From NCBI GenBank assembly GCA_027307335.1, contig DAHUXD010000030.1:2707-66706 (forward strand): a stretch of DNA of 64,000 nucleotides, read 5' to 3'. The notes beneath the pieces are model-generated. The model was not told where the DNA came from and searched no databases. It worked only from the letters and a program-made list of their open reading frames with translations. The position numbers and the translations under genes were made by a program. The stretch comes from Acidobacteriota bacterium. GTDB taxonomy: Bacteria; Acidobacteriota; Thermoanaerobaculia; UBA5066; Gp7-AA6. This document shows, one piece after another, positions 25,328 through 33,717 of the stretch (positions are counted from its first letter, which is position 1; each line of letters opens with the position of its first letter).

Positions 25328-26674
25328 ATGACTACCGAAAAGCGCATCGTCATCCTCGGCGCCGCGGGGCGCGACTTCCACGACTTCAACACCGTGTTCC
25401 GGAACGACCCGTCCACGCGCGTGGTCGCCTTCACCGCGACCCAGATTCCCGGCATCGCCGGAAGGCGCTATCCGGGCGTTCTCGCGGGGCCGCGCTACGA
25501 GTCGGGCATCCCGATCGTCCCGGAGGAGGATCTGGGCGCCCTGATCGCCCGCGAGAGGGTGGATGCGTGCGTCTTCTCCTACTCCGACGTCACCCACCAG
25601 CACGTGATGCACCTCGCCTCGAAGGTGATCGCGCTCGGCGCGGACTTCGTGCTCCTCGGCGGCCACCGGACGATGCTGAAGGCGAGGGTGCCCGTGATCG
25701 CCGTGACCGCCGTGCGGACGGGCGCGGGAAAGAGCCAGACGACGCGCTACCTCTCCGGTGTCCTGAAGCGGCTCGGGAAGCGCGTGGTGGCCGTCCGCCA
25801 TCCGATGCCCTACGGGGATCTCGCGGAGGAGGCGTGTCAGCGCTTCGCGACCTACGACGACCTCGACCGCGAGAAGTGCACGATCGAGGAGCGCGAGGAG
25901 TACGAGCCCCTGATCGACAGCGGCTTCGTCGTCTACGCCGGCGTCGACTACGCCGAGATCCTCGCTCGGGCCGAGGGCGAGGCGGACGTCATCCTGTGGG
26001 ACGGCGGCAACAACGACCTGCCGTTCTTCGAGCCGACGCTCCATCTCTGCGTCGCCGACCCGCACCGCGCCGGACACGAGACCGCGTACCACCCGGGCGA
26101 GGCGAACTTCCGGCGCGCCGACGTCATCGTTCTCAACAAGTGCGACACGGCGACGCCCGGCGACGTCGCCGACGTCGAGGCGGCCGCCGCGAGGCTGAAC
26201 CCGAAGGCGCTGGTCGTGCGGGCCGATTCGCCGCTCCGCCTGGAGCACCCCGAGCTCGTCGCGGGCAAGCGCGTTCTCGCCGTCGAGGACGGACCGACCC
26301 TGACGCACGGCGGCATGCGCTACGGCGCCGCGGTGCTCGCCGCCCGCGGGGCCGGTGCGGCCGAGCTGGTCGACCCGTTGCCCTGGGCGGTCGGATCGAT
26401 CCGCGAGACGTACGCGAAGTACCCGAACGCCGCCGGCGTGCTCCCCGCGATGGGGTACGGCCCGGCGCAGGTCGCCGAGCTCGCCGAGACGATCCGCCGC
26501 ACGCCGTGCGATGCGGTCGTCATCGGCACGCCGATCGACCTGCGGCGGGTCCTCCGGCTCGAGAAGCCGGCCGTCCGCGTGCGCTACGAGCTGAAGGAGC
26601 GGACGCCCGGGATCCTGGAGGGCGCCGTGCGCCGCGCGGTGGAGATTTCGGCGGAAGCCCTCGTGAACGCATAA
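25328..26674 (+). CDS. COG2403-type predicted GTPase / cyclic-2,3-diphosphoglycerate-synthetase-like protein
   Basis: 448 aa from ATG 25328 (MTTEKRIVILGAAGRDFHDFN). P-loop-like VTAVRTGAGKSQTT, and WDGGNND...VLNKCD reminiscent of an NKxD box. Family call is from memory. Confidence 0.6.
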   Translation: MTTEKRIVILGAAGRDFHDFNTVFRNDPSTRVVAFTATQIPGIAGRRYPGVLAGPRYESGIPIVPEEDLGALIARERVDACVFSYSDVTHQHVMHLASKVIALGADFVLLGGHRTMLKARVPVIAVTAVRTGAGKSQTTRYLSGVLKRLGKRVVAVRHPMPYGDLAEEACQRFATYDDLDREKCTIEEREEYEPLIDSGFVVYAGVDYAEILARAEGEADVILWDGGNNDLPFFEPTLHLCVADPHRAGHETAYHPGEANFRRADVIVLNKCDTATPGDVADVEAAAARLNPKALVVRADSPLRLEHPELVAGKRVLAVEDGPTLTHGGMRYGAAVLAARGAGAAELVDPLPWAVGSIRETYAKYPNAAGVLPAMGYGPAQVAELAETIRRTPCDAVVIGTPIDLRRVLRLEKPAVRVRYELKERTPGILEGAVRRAVEISAEALVNA

Positions 26675-26682
26675 TCCCCGGC

Positions 26683-27714
26683 GTGGGCGCGGGTCGATCG
26701 CGCGCGTGGTTCGTGGACCGGTACGGGGGGCCGGAGCGATTGACGCTCCGCGAACGGCCCGACCCCGTGCCGGGAGCGGGCGAGGTCCTCGTCCGCACGG
26801 CGGCGATCGGGCTGAACTTCGCCGATCTCTTCGTCCGGTCCGGCGCCTACCCGCGCACGCCGCGGCCGCCCTTCGTGCCCGGGATGGAGATCTCCGGCAC
26901 GGTCGAGGCCGCCGGCTCGGGGGCGCCGTTCTCGCCGGGGCAGAGGGTCGTCGCGGTGCCGCTCTTCGGCGGCCACGCCGAGAAGGTCGTCGTGCCCGCC
27001 GCGCGCGTCTTCGCGCTGCCGGACGGCGTCGACCTCGTCCCGGCGTCCGCGATGCCGGTCGTCTTCCTGACGGCCGCGTACCTGTGCGAGCGCGCCGCGG
27101 TGGCGGAAGGGGACCGGGTCATCGTGACGGCCGCCGCCGGCGGGGTCGGCACGGCGCTCCTGCAGCTGCTCGCGCGGCGGCGCGCGCGGACCCTCGCGCT
27201 CGTGGGATCGGAAGGCAAGCGCGCCGTCGTGGACGCATTCGGCGTCGCGGCGAGCGGTACGTACGATCAGGCGGCCGGCCTCGTCGAGGGAGTGTTCGGC
27301 GGCGCGGTGGACGTCGTCGCCGACGCGATGGGCGGCGGGATCTTCCGCCGGCTCTGGCGGCGGCTCGCGCCGGGAGGACGGTACGTGCTCTACGGGTTCG
27401 CCGCCGCCTCGGGGCCGCGTGGCGTCGCGAAGCTCGGCGCGGCCCGCGAGCTCCTCGCGATGGGGTTCCTGTCGCCCTACGAGGTCGTGCAGTCCTGCCG
27501 GACGCTCATCGGGTTCAACCTCTCGCTCCTGCCGGACACGCACGGGGAGCTGCGGCGCGCCGCCGCGGAGATCTTCTCCCTCTGGCAGAACGGTGCGGTG
27601 CGGCCGGTCCTCGGACCCTCCTTCCCGTTCGAGCGGCTGCCGGACGCGCATCGCGCGCTCGCGGCGCGGGGTACTACCGGCAAGGTCGTGATCGTCGTTC
27701 GCGGCGCCGGCTAG
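26683..27714 (+). CDS. MDR-superfamily NADPH:quinone oxidoreductase / zinc-type alcohol dehydrogenase-like
   Basis: 343 aa from GTG 26683. GEVLVRTAAIGLNFADL...PFVPGMEISGTV...VTAAAGGVGTALLQL (Rossmann AxxGxxG). Confidence 0.8.
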   Translation: MGAGRSRAWFVDRYGGPERLTLRERPDPVPGAGEVLVRTAAIGLNFADLFVRSGAYPRTPRPPFVPGMEISGTVEAAGSGAPFSPGQRVVAVPLFGGHAEKVVVPAARVFALPDGVDLVPASAMPVVFLTAAYLCERAAVAEGDRVIVTAAAGGVGTALLQLLARRRARTLALVGSEGKRAVVDAFGVAASGTYDQAAGLVEGVFGGAVDVVADAMGGGIFRRLWRRLAPGGRYVLYGFAAASGPRGVAKLGAARELLAMGFLSPYEVVQSCRTLIGFNLSLLPDTHGELRRAAAEIFSLWQNGAVRPVLGPSFPFERLPDAHRALAARGTTGKVVIVVRGAG

Positions 27715-29351
27715 GTCCCGAAGCCCATCGCGGAGACGAAACCGCGATGGAAGGCCGGGTGCGCCGCGAGCTCGACGTACTCGATGCGCCCGGCGAGCGC
27801 GCCGGCCGCGCGGCGACGTTCGGGGAAGGCGAGCATTCGACGCGCCCCGGCTCCGGCCGCGTTGCCGAACTGTCGGATCCGCGAGGTCGGAAACGGCGGC
27901 AGCAGGCCGGCGGTCACGGCGCTTCCCGGGTCGAGGTACGAGCCGAACGCGCCCGCGATGACGACGTCGTCGACCGCGTCGGCCGCGGTGGCCGTCTCCG
28001 CGAGGAGGACGTCGATGCCCGCCCGGACCGCGGCCTTGGCGAGCTGGATCTCGTTGACGTCGCCGCGTGTGATCACGAGGTCCCGGGCGTGCCCGGTCTC
28101 GGAAGCGGGCACGAGGAGGTACTCGTCGTCCCGCTCACAGCGGCGCACGCGCAGCGCCGTCCGGCGGAAGTTGCCGCGGCGGTCGAACACGGCCTCCCTC
28201 CACATCTCCGCGACGGCGTCGAGGATGCCGGACCCGCAGACCCCCACGGGAGGGACCCGCCCGATCGTGTACGCGTCCACGGCGTTGCCGCGGATCCGCA
28301 CGCGCTCGATCGCCCCGGGCGCGGCACGCATGCCGGCGGTGATGTGCGCCCCCTCGAACGCGGGGCCCGAGGGGCAGGAGCAGGAGACGAGGCGCCCCTT
28401 CCGAGCGAGCGTGATCTCCGTGTTCGTGCCGATGTCGACGAGGAGACTCGTCTTGTCGGCCGCGTCGAAGCCCGTCGCGATCAGCCCGGCGACGTGATCG
28501 CCGCCGACGAAGCCGGCGACGTTGGCCGGCAGGAACACGCGGGCCTTCTCGGCGAGTCGAAGGCCTCCGTCGCGCGCGCGGAATTCCATCGCGTCGGTGC
28601 GGAGCGGACGGTACGGCGCCTCGCCGAGCGTGCGGACCGGCAGGCCGGCGAAGAGGTGGTGCATCACGGTGTTCCCGACGGCGACGGCGTCCTCGATCGC
28701 GTCGGGAGTGACGTCGGCGCCGGCGCAGAGCTCGGCGACCGCGAGGTTCAGGCGCTCGATCAGCCGCTCCCGAAGCACCCGCGCGCCGCCGGGATGGCTC
28801 GCCGTGAACGCGATGCGGCTGATGAGGTCCTCGCCGTAGGACACCTGGGGATTCAGCGCGCCGTGACGGGCGAGCGTCCCTCCGGTGTCGAGGTCGACGA
28901 GGTACAGGGCGAGCTTGGTCGTTCCGATGTCGATCGCGAGGCCGAGCCGCGAGGGCGGCGCGGAGGGACGCGCCTCCGGGGGCGCCGCCACCCCCTCCCC
29001 GGCGTCTTCGACCTGCAGCCGCTGCGCGGCGGTGAGCGACTCCGGGAGGATCTCGATCGAGGCGCCACCGAGGACGCGCGTCTGGCAGGCGAGGCGCAGC
29101 CCGCGGTCGAGCTCCGACGGCGTCAGGAGATGGCGCTCCTTCTGGGTCGGTGGCGCGAACCGTCCCTCGGTCGGGAGGACGCGGCAGCCGCCGCAGGTGC
29201 CGTCGCCGGCGCAGATCGCCTGGAGCTCGACGCCGCCGGACTGCGCCGCCTCGAGGATCGTCTCCTCGGGGCGGATCGCGACGCGCCGCCCCATCGGTTC
29301 GAAGGTCAGGACGGCGTCGTCGCGGCGCCGAGGATCAGCGGACGGGCGCAT
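27711..29351 (-). CDS. RACo-like corrinoid reductive activase (N-terminal 2Fe-2S ferredoxin plus ASKHA ATPase / DUF4445)
   Basis: 546 aa. Plant-type ferredoxin Cys pattern CAGDGTCGGCRV...LACQT. Then ASKHA-like LAIDIGTTKL...LLVDIGTNTE...GPAFEG... as in ATP-dependent corrinoid activases. Confidence 0.8.
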   Translation of the reverse strand: MRPSADPRRRDDAVLTFEPMGRRVAIRPEETILEAAQSGGVELQAICAGDGTCGGCRVLPTEGRFAPPTQKERHLLTPSELDRGLRLACQTRVLGGASIEILPESLTAAQRLQVEDAGEGVAAPPEARPSAPPSRLGLAIDIGTTKLALYLVDLDTGGTLARHGALNPQVSYGEDLISRIAFTASHPGGARVLRERLIERLNLAVAELCAGADVTPDAIEDAVAVGNTVMHHLFAGLPVRTLGEAPYRPLRTDAMEFRARDGGLRLAEKARVFLPANVAGFVGGDHVAGLIATGFDAADKTSLLVDIGTNTEITLARKGRLVSCSCPSGPAFEGAHITAGMRAAPGAIERVRIRGNAVDAYTIGRVPPVGVCGSGILDAVAEMWREAVFDRRGNFRRTALRVRRCERDDEYLLVPASETGHARDLVITRGDVNEIQLAKAAVRAGIDVLLAETATAADAVDDVVIAGAFGSYLDPGSAVTAGLLPPFPTSRIRQFGNAAGAGARRMLAFPERRRAAGALAGRIEYVELAAHPAFHRGFVSAMGFGT

Positions 29352-30036
29352 GGAGGGCTCGGAAGCGGCACCCGGGGCGGGCGGGACAGGGATCGCAGAT
29401 GCCGCCGCGCTCCTCCGCCTCGCCGCCGACGCCGAAGACGAGCGTCAGCGACTTCCGGGGCGTCATTCCGCCGCTCGGAAGGAGCCGCACGCCGGCGGCG
29501 TCGCCGCCGAGAATCGCGAAGATCTCCCGCTGTCCATTCGAGAGGTCGAAGCCGTCCATCCCGGGGCTGACGGGACGCGTCAGCGCGGCGCCGGCAGGGC
29601 GGGCGCACTCCCTCAGATCCTCCGTCGCCGACCGGACGAGCGACTCGACCGCGGCCGATCCGAAGGCGTCGAGGGCGAAGGCGAACGAGAGATCGCGGCC
29701 GAACATGCGGGAGACGCGCCGCTCGAGCGCCTCGCCGAGCGTGGCCACGAGGACGGCCGCCCGGGCCGCGCCGGCGAGCCGCGCGGCGATCAGCGGTCCG
29801 GTGAGCCGGCCGCCGCCCTCGAGCATAACCCCGTCGGCATCCCGCGCCCGGATCGCGAGGATTCGGACGGCGACGCGCGGCGAGAGCAGCGACGCTCCCT
29901 CCCGCGCCGCGCGCTCGGCGACGGCGAGGAGGCGAGGGCTGCGCGCGCGCACCCGTCCCGGCGAGGCGCCTTGCCCGTTCAGGACGGCGTCGGCGTCCAC
30001 GTCCGCCAGCCAGGCCGCGGAGACCCGGGGAGTCAT
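29335..30036 (-). CDS. Stand-alone methionine-synthase (MetH) activation-domain-like protein
   Basis: 233 aa from ATG 30036, in an ATGA overlap with the upstream MttB stop. ...LDAFGSAAVESL...RPVSPGMDGFDLSNGQREIFAILG...GVRLLPSGGMTPRKSLTLVFGVG resembles the SPGYG.W.L..Q..lF..L...gi.L....m.P.KS pattern of that domain. C-terminal Cys cluster CDPCPARPGC. Confidence 0.55.
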   Translation of the reverse strand: MTPRVSAAWLADVDADAVLNGQGASPGRVRARSPRLLAVAERAAREGASLLSPRVAVRILAIRARDADGVMLEGGGRLTGPLIAARLAGAARAAVLVATLGEALERRVSRMFGRDLSFAFALDAFGSAAVESLVRSATEDLRECARPAGAALTRPVSPGMDGFDLSNGQREIFAILGGDAAGVRLLPSGGMTPRKSLTLVFGVGGEAEERGGICDPCPARPGCRFRALHAPVR

Positions 30037-31499
30037 GCGGCGGGCAGCCGATCGAGGCCCGCTCTTGCCGCGAGGGGGCCGACGACCGCCATGCGGGCGC
30101 GCTCGCGCTCGTCGTCGGGACGCGGAGGCGGGAACGGGTGCCCGTCCAGGATCTCCGCCACGCGGGCGCGCGCCCTCGCGACGACGCCGCGCCTGCCCGA
30201 GTCCTCCCAGGCGCGGACCGAGCCCCGGTCGATGACGTTGGAGGGCAGGTGCTGCTCCAGCCGGAAGAGGCGCCGCGTCTCGGGAAGCTTCAGGAACTCT
30301 CCCGCGGGTCCCGTCTTCTCGAACATCGCGACCGCGAGCGAGTCCGTGCGGACCGACACGCCGTCGAGCAGGCGCCGTGCGGACGCGATCGCCTCGGCGT
30401 CCACGACGAGCTTCTCGAGGCTGTGGCACGCGAGGAAGTCGAGCATGCCCGCACCGGAGATCATGTTGATCCCGCCGAGCGCCCCGAGGAGAAGGCCCTG
30501 CGCGCTCTCGATGCCGGCCTGCGCGTCGAGGACCTTGGCATCGCTGCCGCCGAGATATCCGTGCGTGGGAAGGCCGAGGTGCTTCCCGACTTCGGCGCAC
30601 GCGACGTCGAGCATCGCGGTCTCGACGGCGCCCATCGGCGCCGTGCCCGTGCGCATGTCGAAGATCGCCGGTGCGCCGCCCCAGACGACGGGGGCGGGAC
30701 CCTCGGCGGCGAGCTGGGCGATCGCGATGCCGGCGAGGCACTCCGCCGCGTGGAGGGCGACGGCGCCCGCGAGCGTCGGCGGGGCGGTCGCGCCCGCGAG
30801 CGGAACCGGCACGATCTCCGCGGGCACGCCGGCCCGCGCGAGACGGATGAGACCGTCGGCCGCGAATTGCGTCCAGTGGAGCGGCGCGGACGGGCAGACG
30901 TCGAAGACGGCCCGGGGCCGCTGGCGCAGCGCGATGTGCCCGCCCGCGTCGGCCTCGAGCAGGGCGACCATGGGAGGAACGGCGTCGGCGGTGAAGGCGC
31001 CCGTGACGACCGGCTTGTCGGAGTGGCGGAGAACGAGGAGCAGCCGGTAGACGTCGCCGATCTCCTTCGGGACGTCCGCGCAGACGAGGGCGGTCGACTG
31101 GGCGTCGTACTGGGGCAGCGCCTCGCAGAGCCGGACGAGCCGCACGAGATCCCGCGACACGGCCTCGCGGTGCCTTCCCGTCTCGTCGTCGAGCAGGTGC
31201 ACGCAGGAGGACCCGGGATCGAACTGGACGGAGTCGCCGCCGTAGCGGACGCGCGCCGTCCCCGAGCGGTCGTGCAGGAAGAACTCGTGCGGCGCCTGGG
31301 CGAGCGCATCGCGGACGAGCGATTCGGGGATCCGCGTCCCGCGCGCGTCGACGCTCGCGCCCGCCGCCTGGAGGAGGCGCCGCGCCTCGGCGCTCTCGAC
31401 CCGGACTCCCGGCCGCTCGAGCAGGGCGAGGGCTTCCTCGAGGATCCTCTCGATGAGGGCCGGCTCGAGCAGCGTCAGGCGCGGCCGCACCGGGGTCAC
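30033..31499 (-). CDS. MttB-superfamily (trimethylamine-methyltransferase-like) corrinoid methyltransferase, non-pyrrolysine, paralog 1
   Basis: 488 aa with an uninterrupted frame (no in-frame TAG). LEEALALLERPGVRV...FDPGSSCVHLLD...GAPAIFDMRTGTAPMGAVE...GINMISGAGMLD. GTG start in a GTGA overlap with the corrinoid-protein stop. Confidence 0.85.
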   Translation of the reverse strand: MTPVRPRLTLLEPALIERILEEALALLERPGVRVESAEARRLLQAAGASVDARGTRIPESLVRDALAQAPHEFFLHDRSGTARVRYGGDSVQFDPGSSCVHLLDDETGRHREAVSRDLVRLVRLCEALPQYDAQSTALVCADVPKEIGDVYRLLLVLRHSDKPVVTGAFTADAVPPMVALLEADAGGHIALRQRPRAVFDVCPSAPLHWTQFAADGLIRLARAGVPAEIVPVPLAGATAPPTLAGAVALHAAECLAGIAIAQLAAEGPAPVVWGGAPAIFDMRTGTAPMGAVETAMLDVACAEVGKHLGLPTHGYLGGSDAKVLDAQAGIESAQGLLLGALGGINMISGAGMLDFLACHSLEKLVVDAEAIASARRLLDGVSVRTDSLAVAMFEKTGPAGEFLKLPETRRLFRLEQHLPSNVIDRGSVRAWEDSGRRGVVARARARVAEILDGHPFPPPRPDDERERARMAVVGPLAARAGLDRLPAA

Positions 31500-32143
31500 C
31501 GCCCCACGAGCGAGCGGGCGAGAGAGACGGCCGCGACCGCGTCCTCGCCGTATCCGTCCGCGCCGATCTCTTCGGCCCAGGCGCGGGTGACCGGGGCGCC
31601 CCCGACGATCACCTTCACGCGCGGGCGCAGCCCGTCGCGATCCAGCGCGCGCACGACGTCCCGCTGGGCGGTCATCGTGGTGGTCAGCAGCGCGGAGAGG
31701 CCGACGATGTCCGCGCCGACCTCCCGGGCTCTGTCCGCGAAGGTCTCGGCGGGGACGTCGACGCCCACGTCGTGGACCTCGAAGCCGGCGGCGGCGAGCA
31801 TCGTCGAGACGAGAGTCTTGCCGATCTCGTGGATGTCGCCGCGGACGGTCCCGAGCACGATCCGGCCGAGGATCTCCCGGCGGGCGCCGGTCTTCTGGAG
31901 CTCCGGCTCGAGGACCGCCGTCGCCGCCTTCATCGCCTCGCCGGCCATCACGAGATCGGGCAGGAAGAGGTCGCCCTTCGCGAAGCCCTCGCCGACTTCG
32001 TCGAGACCGGGCACGAACCCGTGCCGGACGGCGTCGAGGGGCGGCAGGCCGCGCTCGATCGCCTCGCGCGCCAGAGCGGCCGAGCGGTCGGGGTCGCCGT
32101 CCAGGATGCTCCGACGCATCGCGGCGAGGAGCCCGTCATGCAC
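31496..32143 (-). CDS. Cobalamin-binding corrinoid protein (B12-binding cap plus Rossmann domain)
   Basis: 215 aa. DxHxxG motif GDIHEIG, SALLTT and GGAP signatures. The helical cap domain precedes them. Confidence 0.9.
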   Translation of the reverse strand: MHDGLLAAMRRSILDGDPDRSAALAREAIERGLPPLDAVRHGFVPGLDEVGEGFAKGDLFLPDLVMAGEAMKAATAVLEPELQKTGARREILGRIVLGTVRGDIHEIGKTLVSTMLAAAGFEVHDVGVDVPAETFADRAREVGADIVGLSALLTTTMTAQRDVVRALDRDGLRPRVKVIVGGAPVTRAWAEEIGADGYGEDAVAAVSLARSLVGR

Positions 32144-33662
32144 GGGAGGCCTCCGTCTCGAGGGCCGCGGGAATGTCCCCCGCGGCGCGCGCGACGATCG
32201 CCCGCACGGCGGCGGCGGCCTCGGCCGGGAGGGGCTCGGGGCGATGCCGCTCGAGGATCGCCGAGACCTGCTCGGCGGCCCGGTCGGAGAGGGAGCGGCC
32301 GCCCTTCGCGAGCCAGCCCGCGTGATTGTCCCGGTCGAACAGCGTCGGGTACCAGCGTTCGCGCATGTGGCGGCGCGTGTGGGGGAGCTTCAGGAACGAG
32401 CCCTCGGGTCCCGCCGCGTCGATCAGGTCGAGCGCGAGCGTCTCGGGAGTGATCTCCACGGGCGCGGTCGCGCTCGCGATCCAGCCGGCGATCTCGTTGC
32501 AGACCGCGAGCTGGGCGAGGGAACCCGTCAGCCCCGACTCTAGGTAGCCGAGGTCGTGGAAGAGGTGGCCGCCCGAGAGCGCCCCGAGCAGCATCGTCAG
32601 CCCCGCCTCGACGCTCGCCTGGCCGTCGACCACCTTCGACTCGCTGCCGCCGCCGAGCGTGAACAGCGGGAGACCGTAGCGATGGCCGAGCGACTCCGCC
32701 ATGCCGCGCGGCTCGGGCGCGCAGTAGGGATCCACCATCGTGCGCATGTCGAGGGCGTCGCCGCCGAAGCCCGGCAGGACGAAGGGCGCGCCCTCGCGCT
32801 TGAGCTGGGAGATCACGAGCCCCGCGAGCGCCCCGGCGTTCGAGAGCGCCAGTCCGCCCGCCATCGTCATCGGGCCGCTCGTGCCCCCGGAGACGACGGG
32901 GACGTAGAGAGCCGGAAGCCCCTTCCCGGCGAGAAAGAGGAGCTTCTCCAGGGCGTCCGTGTTGTGGACGAGGCCCGAGGTGACGTTGATGTAACAGGCC
33001 ACGAACGGACGCTCCCGGAGCGCGTCGGCGCCGCCGGCCACGGCCTCGGCCATCGCGACGACGTCGGCGCAGCCCGACATCTCGTACGTGACGAAGACGA
33101 TCGGCTTGGTGGTGTTTCCGACCATCGCCTCGAACTGGAGCCGGTCCGCGAGCGCGGGAGGCGCGTCCGAGGGGATGAAGAGCGACATGACGAAGTCGAT
33201 GTTCGGGAGCGCGTCGCAGAGGCGCGCGGCGTCCCGGACGTCGGCGAGCCGGGCGGCCCGGCGTTCCCCGGTCCGGTGGTCGACGATGCGCGGACAGTCC
33301 GAGCCCGGCCCGAAGTACGTCCGCGCCCCCTCGAGAGGAAGCGCGGGGCGCCCCGATCGGTCGTGGAGGACGACGCGGCGGGGTGCCGTCTCGAGCGCGC
33401 GCTCCACCAGTCGGCGCGGAATGCGCGCGCGGTTTCCCTCGGAGATGGCCGCGCCGCCGCGGGCGAGGAGCTCGACCGCCTCCGGGGCGAGAAGCCGGAC
33501 GCCCGTCCGCTCGAGGATCTCGAGGCTCGCCTCGGAAAGCGCGGCGCACTGTTCGGGAGCGAGCCGCGAATAGGGCGGCGCCACTCCGGCCGTCACGATG
33601 CGTCCGCTCACTCTGTCCACAGTCTCGCCGTGGCGGCGAGCGGGCGAGTGATGCGTTCTCAT
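32136..33662 (-). CDS. MttB-superfamily corrinoid methyltransferase, non-pyrrolysine, paralog 2
   Basis: I prefer ATG 33662 (MRTHHSPARRHGE...) to track start 33749, which would overlap the divergent aminotransferase start. LEILERTGVRL...FGPGSDCPRIVD...GDALDMRTMVDPYCAPE...GGHLFHDLGYLE. By eye only about one-third identical to paralog 1. Confidence 0.85.
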   Translation of the reverse strand: MRTHHSPARRHGETVDRVSGRIVTAGVAPPYSRLAPEQCAALSEASLEILERTGVRLLAPEAVELLARGGAAISEGNRARIPRRLVERALETAPRRVVLHDRSGRPALPLEGARTYFGPGSDCPRIVDHRTGERRAARLADVRDAARLCDALPNIDFVMSLFIPSDAPPALADRLQFEAMVGNTTKPIVFVTYEMSGCADVVAMAEAVAGGADALRERPFVACYINVTSGLVHNTDALEKLLFLAGKGLPALYVPVVSGGTSGPMTMAGGLALSNAGALAGLVISQLKREGAPFVLPGFGGDALDMRTMVDPYCAPEPRGMAESLGHRYGLPLFTLGGGSESKVVDGQASVEAGLTMLLGALSGGHLFHDLGYLESGLTGSLAQLAVCNEIAGWIASATAPVEITPETLALDLIDAAGPEGSFLKLPHTRRHMRERWYPTLFDRDNHAGWLAKGGRSLSDRAAEQVSAILERHRPEPLPAEAAAAVRAIVARAAGDIPAALETEASRA

Positions 33663-33717
33663 CACCGCCCGGGGTGTCCGCGGCGCGGCTGATACGATCC
33701 CGGGAGGCGAGGTCCCC

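Noticed and set aside
30033-33662. Pyrrolysine (in-frame TAG) recoding in the MttB-family genes
   Set aside because: Both reading frames are uninterrupted from start to stop, so these are non-Pyl members. No pylT or pylS-like genes are in the window.
33663-33717. Cobalamin riboswitch upstream of the corrinoid operon
   Set aside because: Only 55 nt separate the MttB-like start from the divergent aminotransferase start. That is far too short for a B12 riboswitch, and no B12-box-like sequence was seen.
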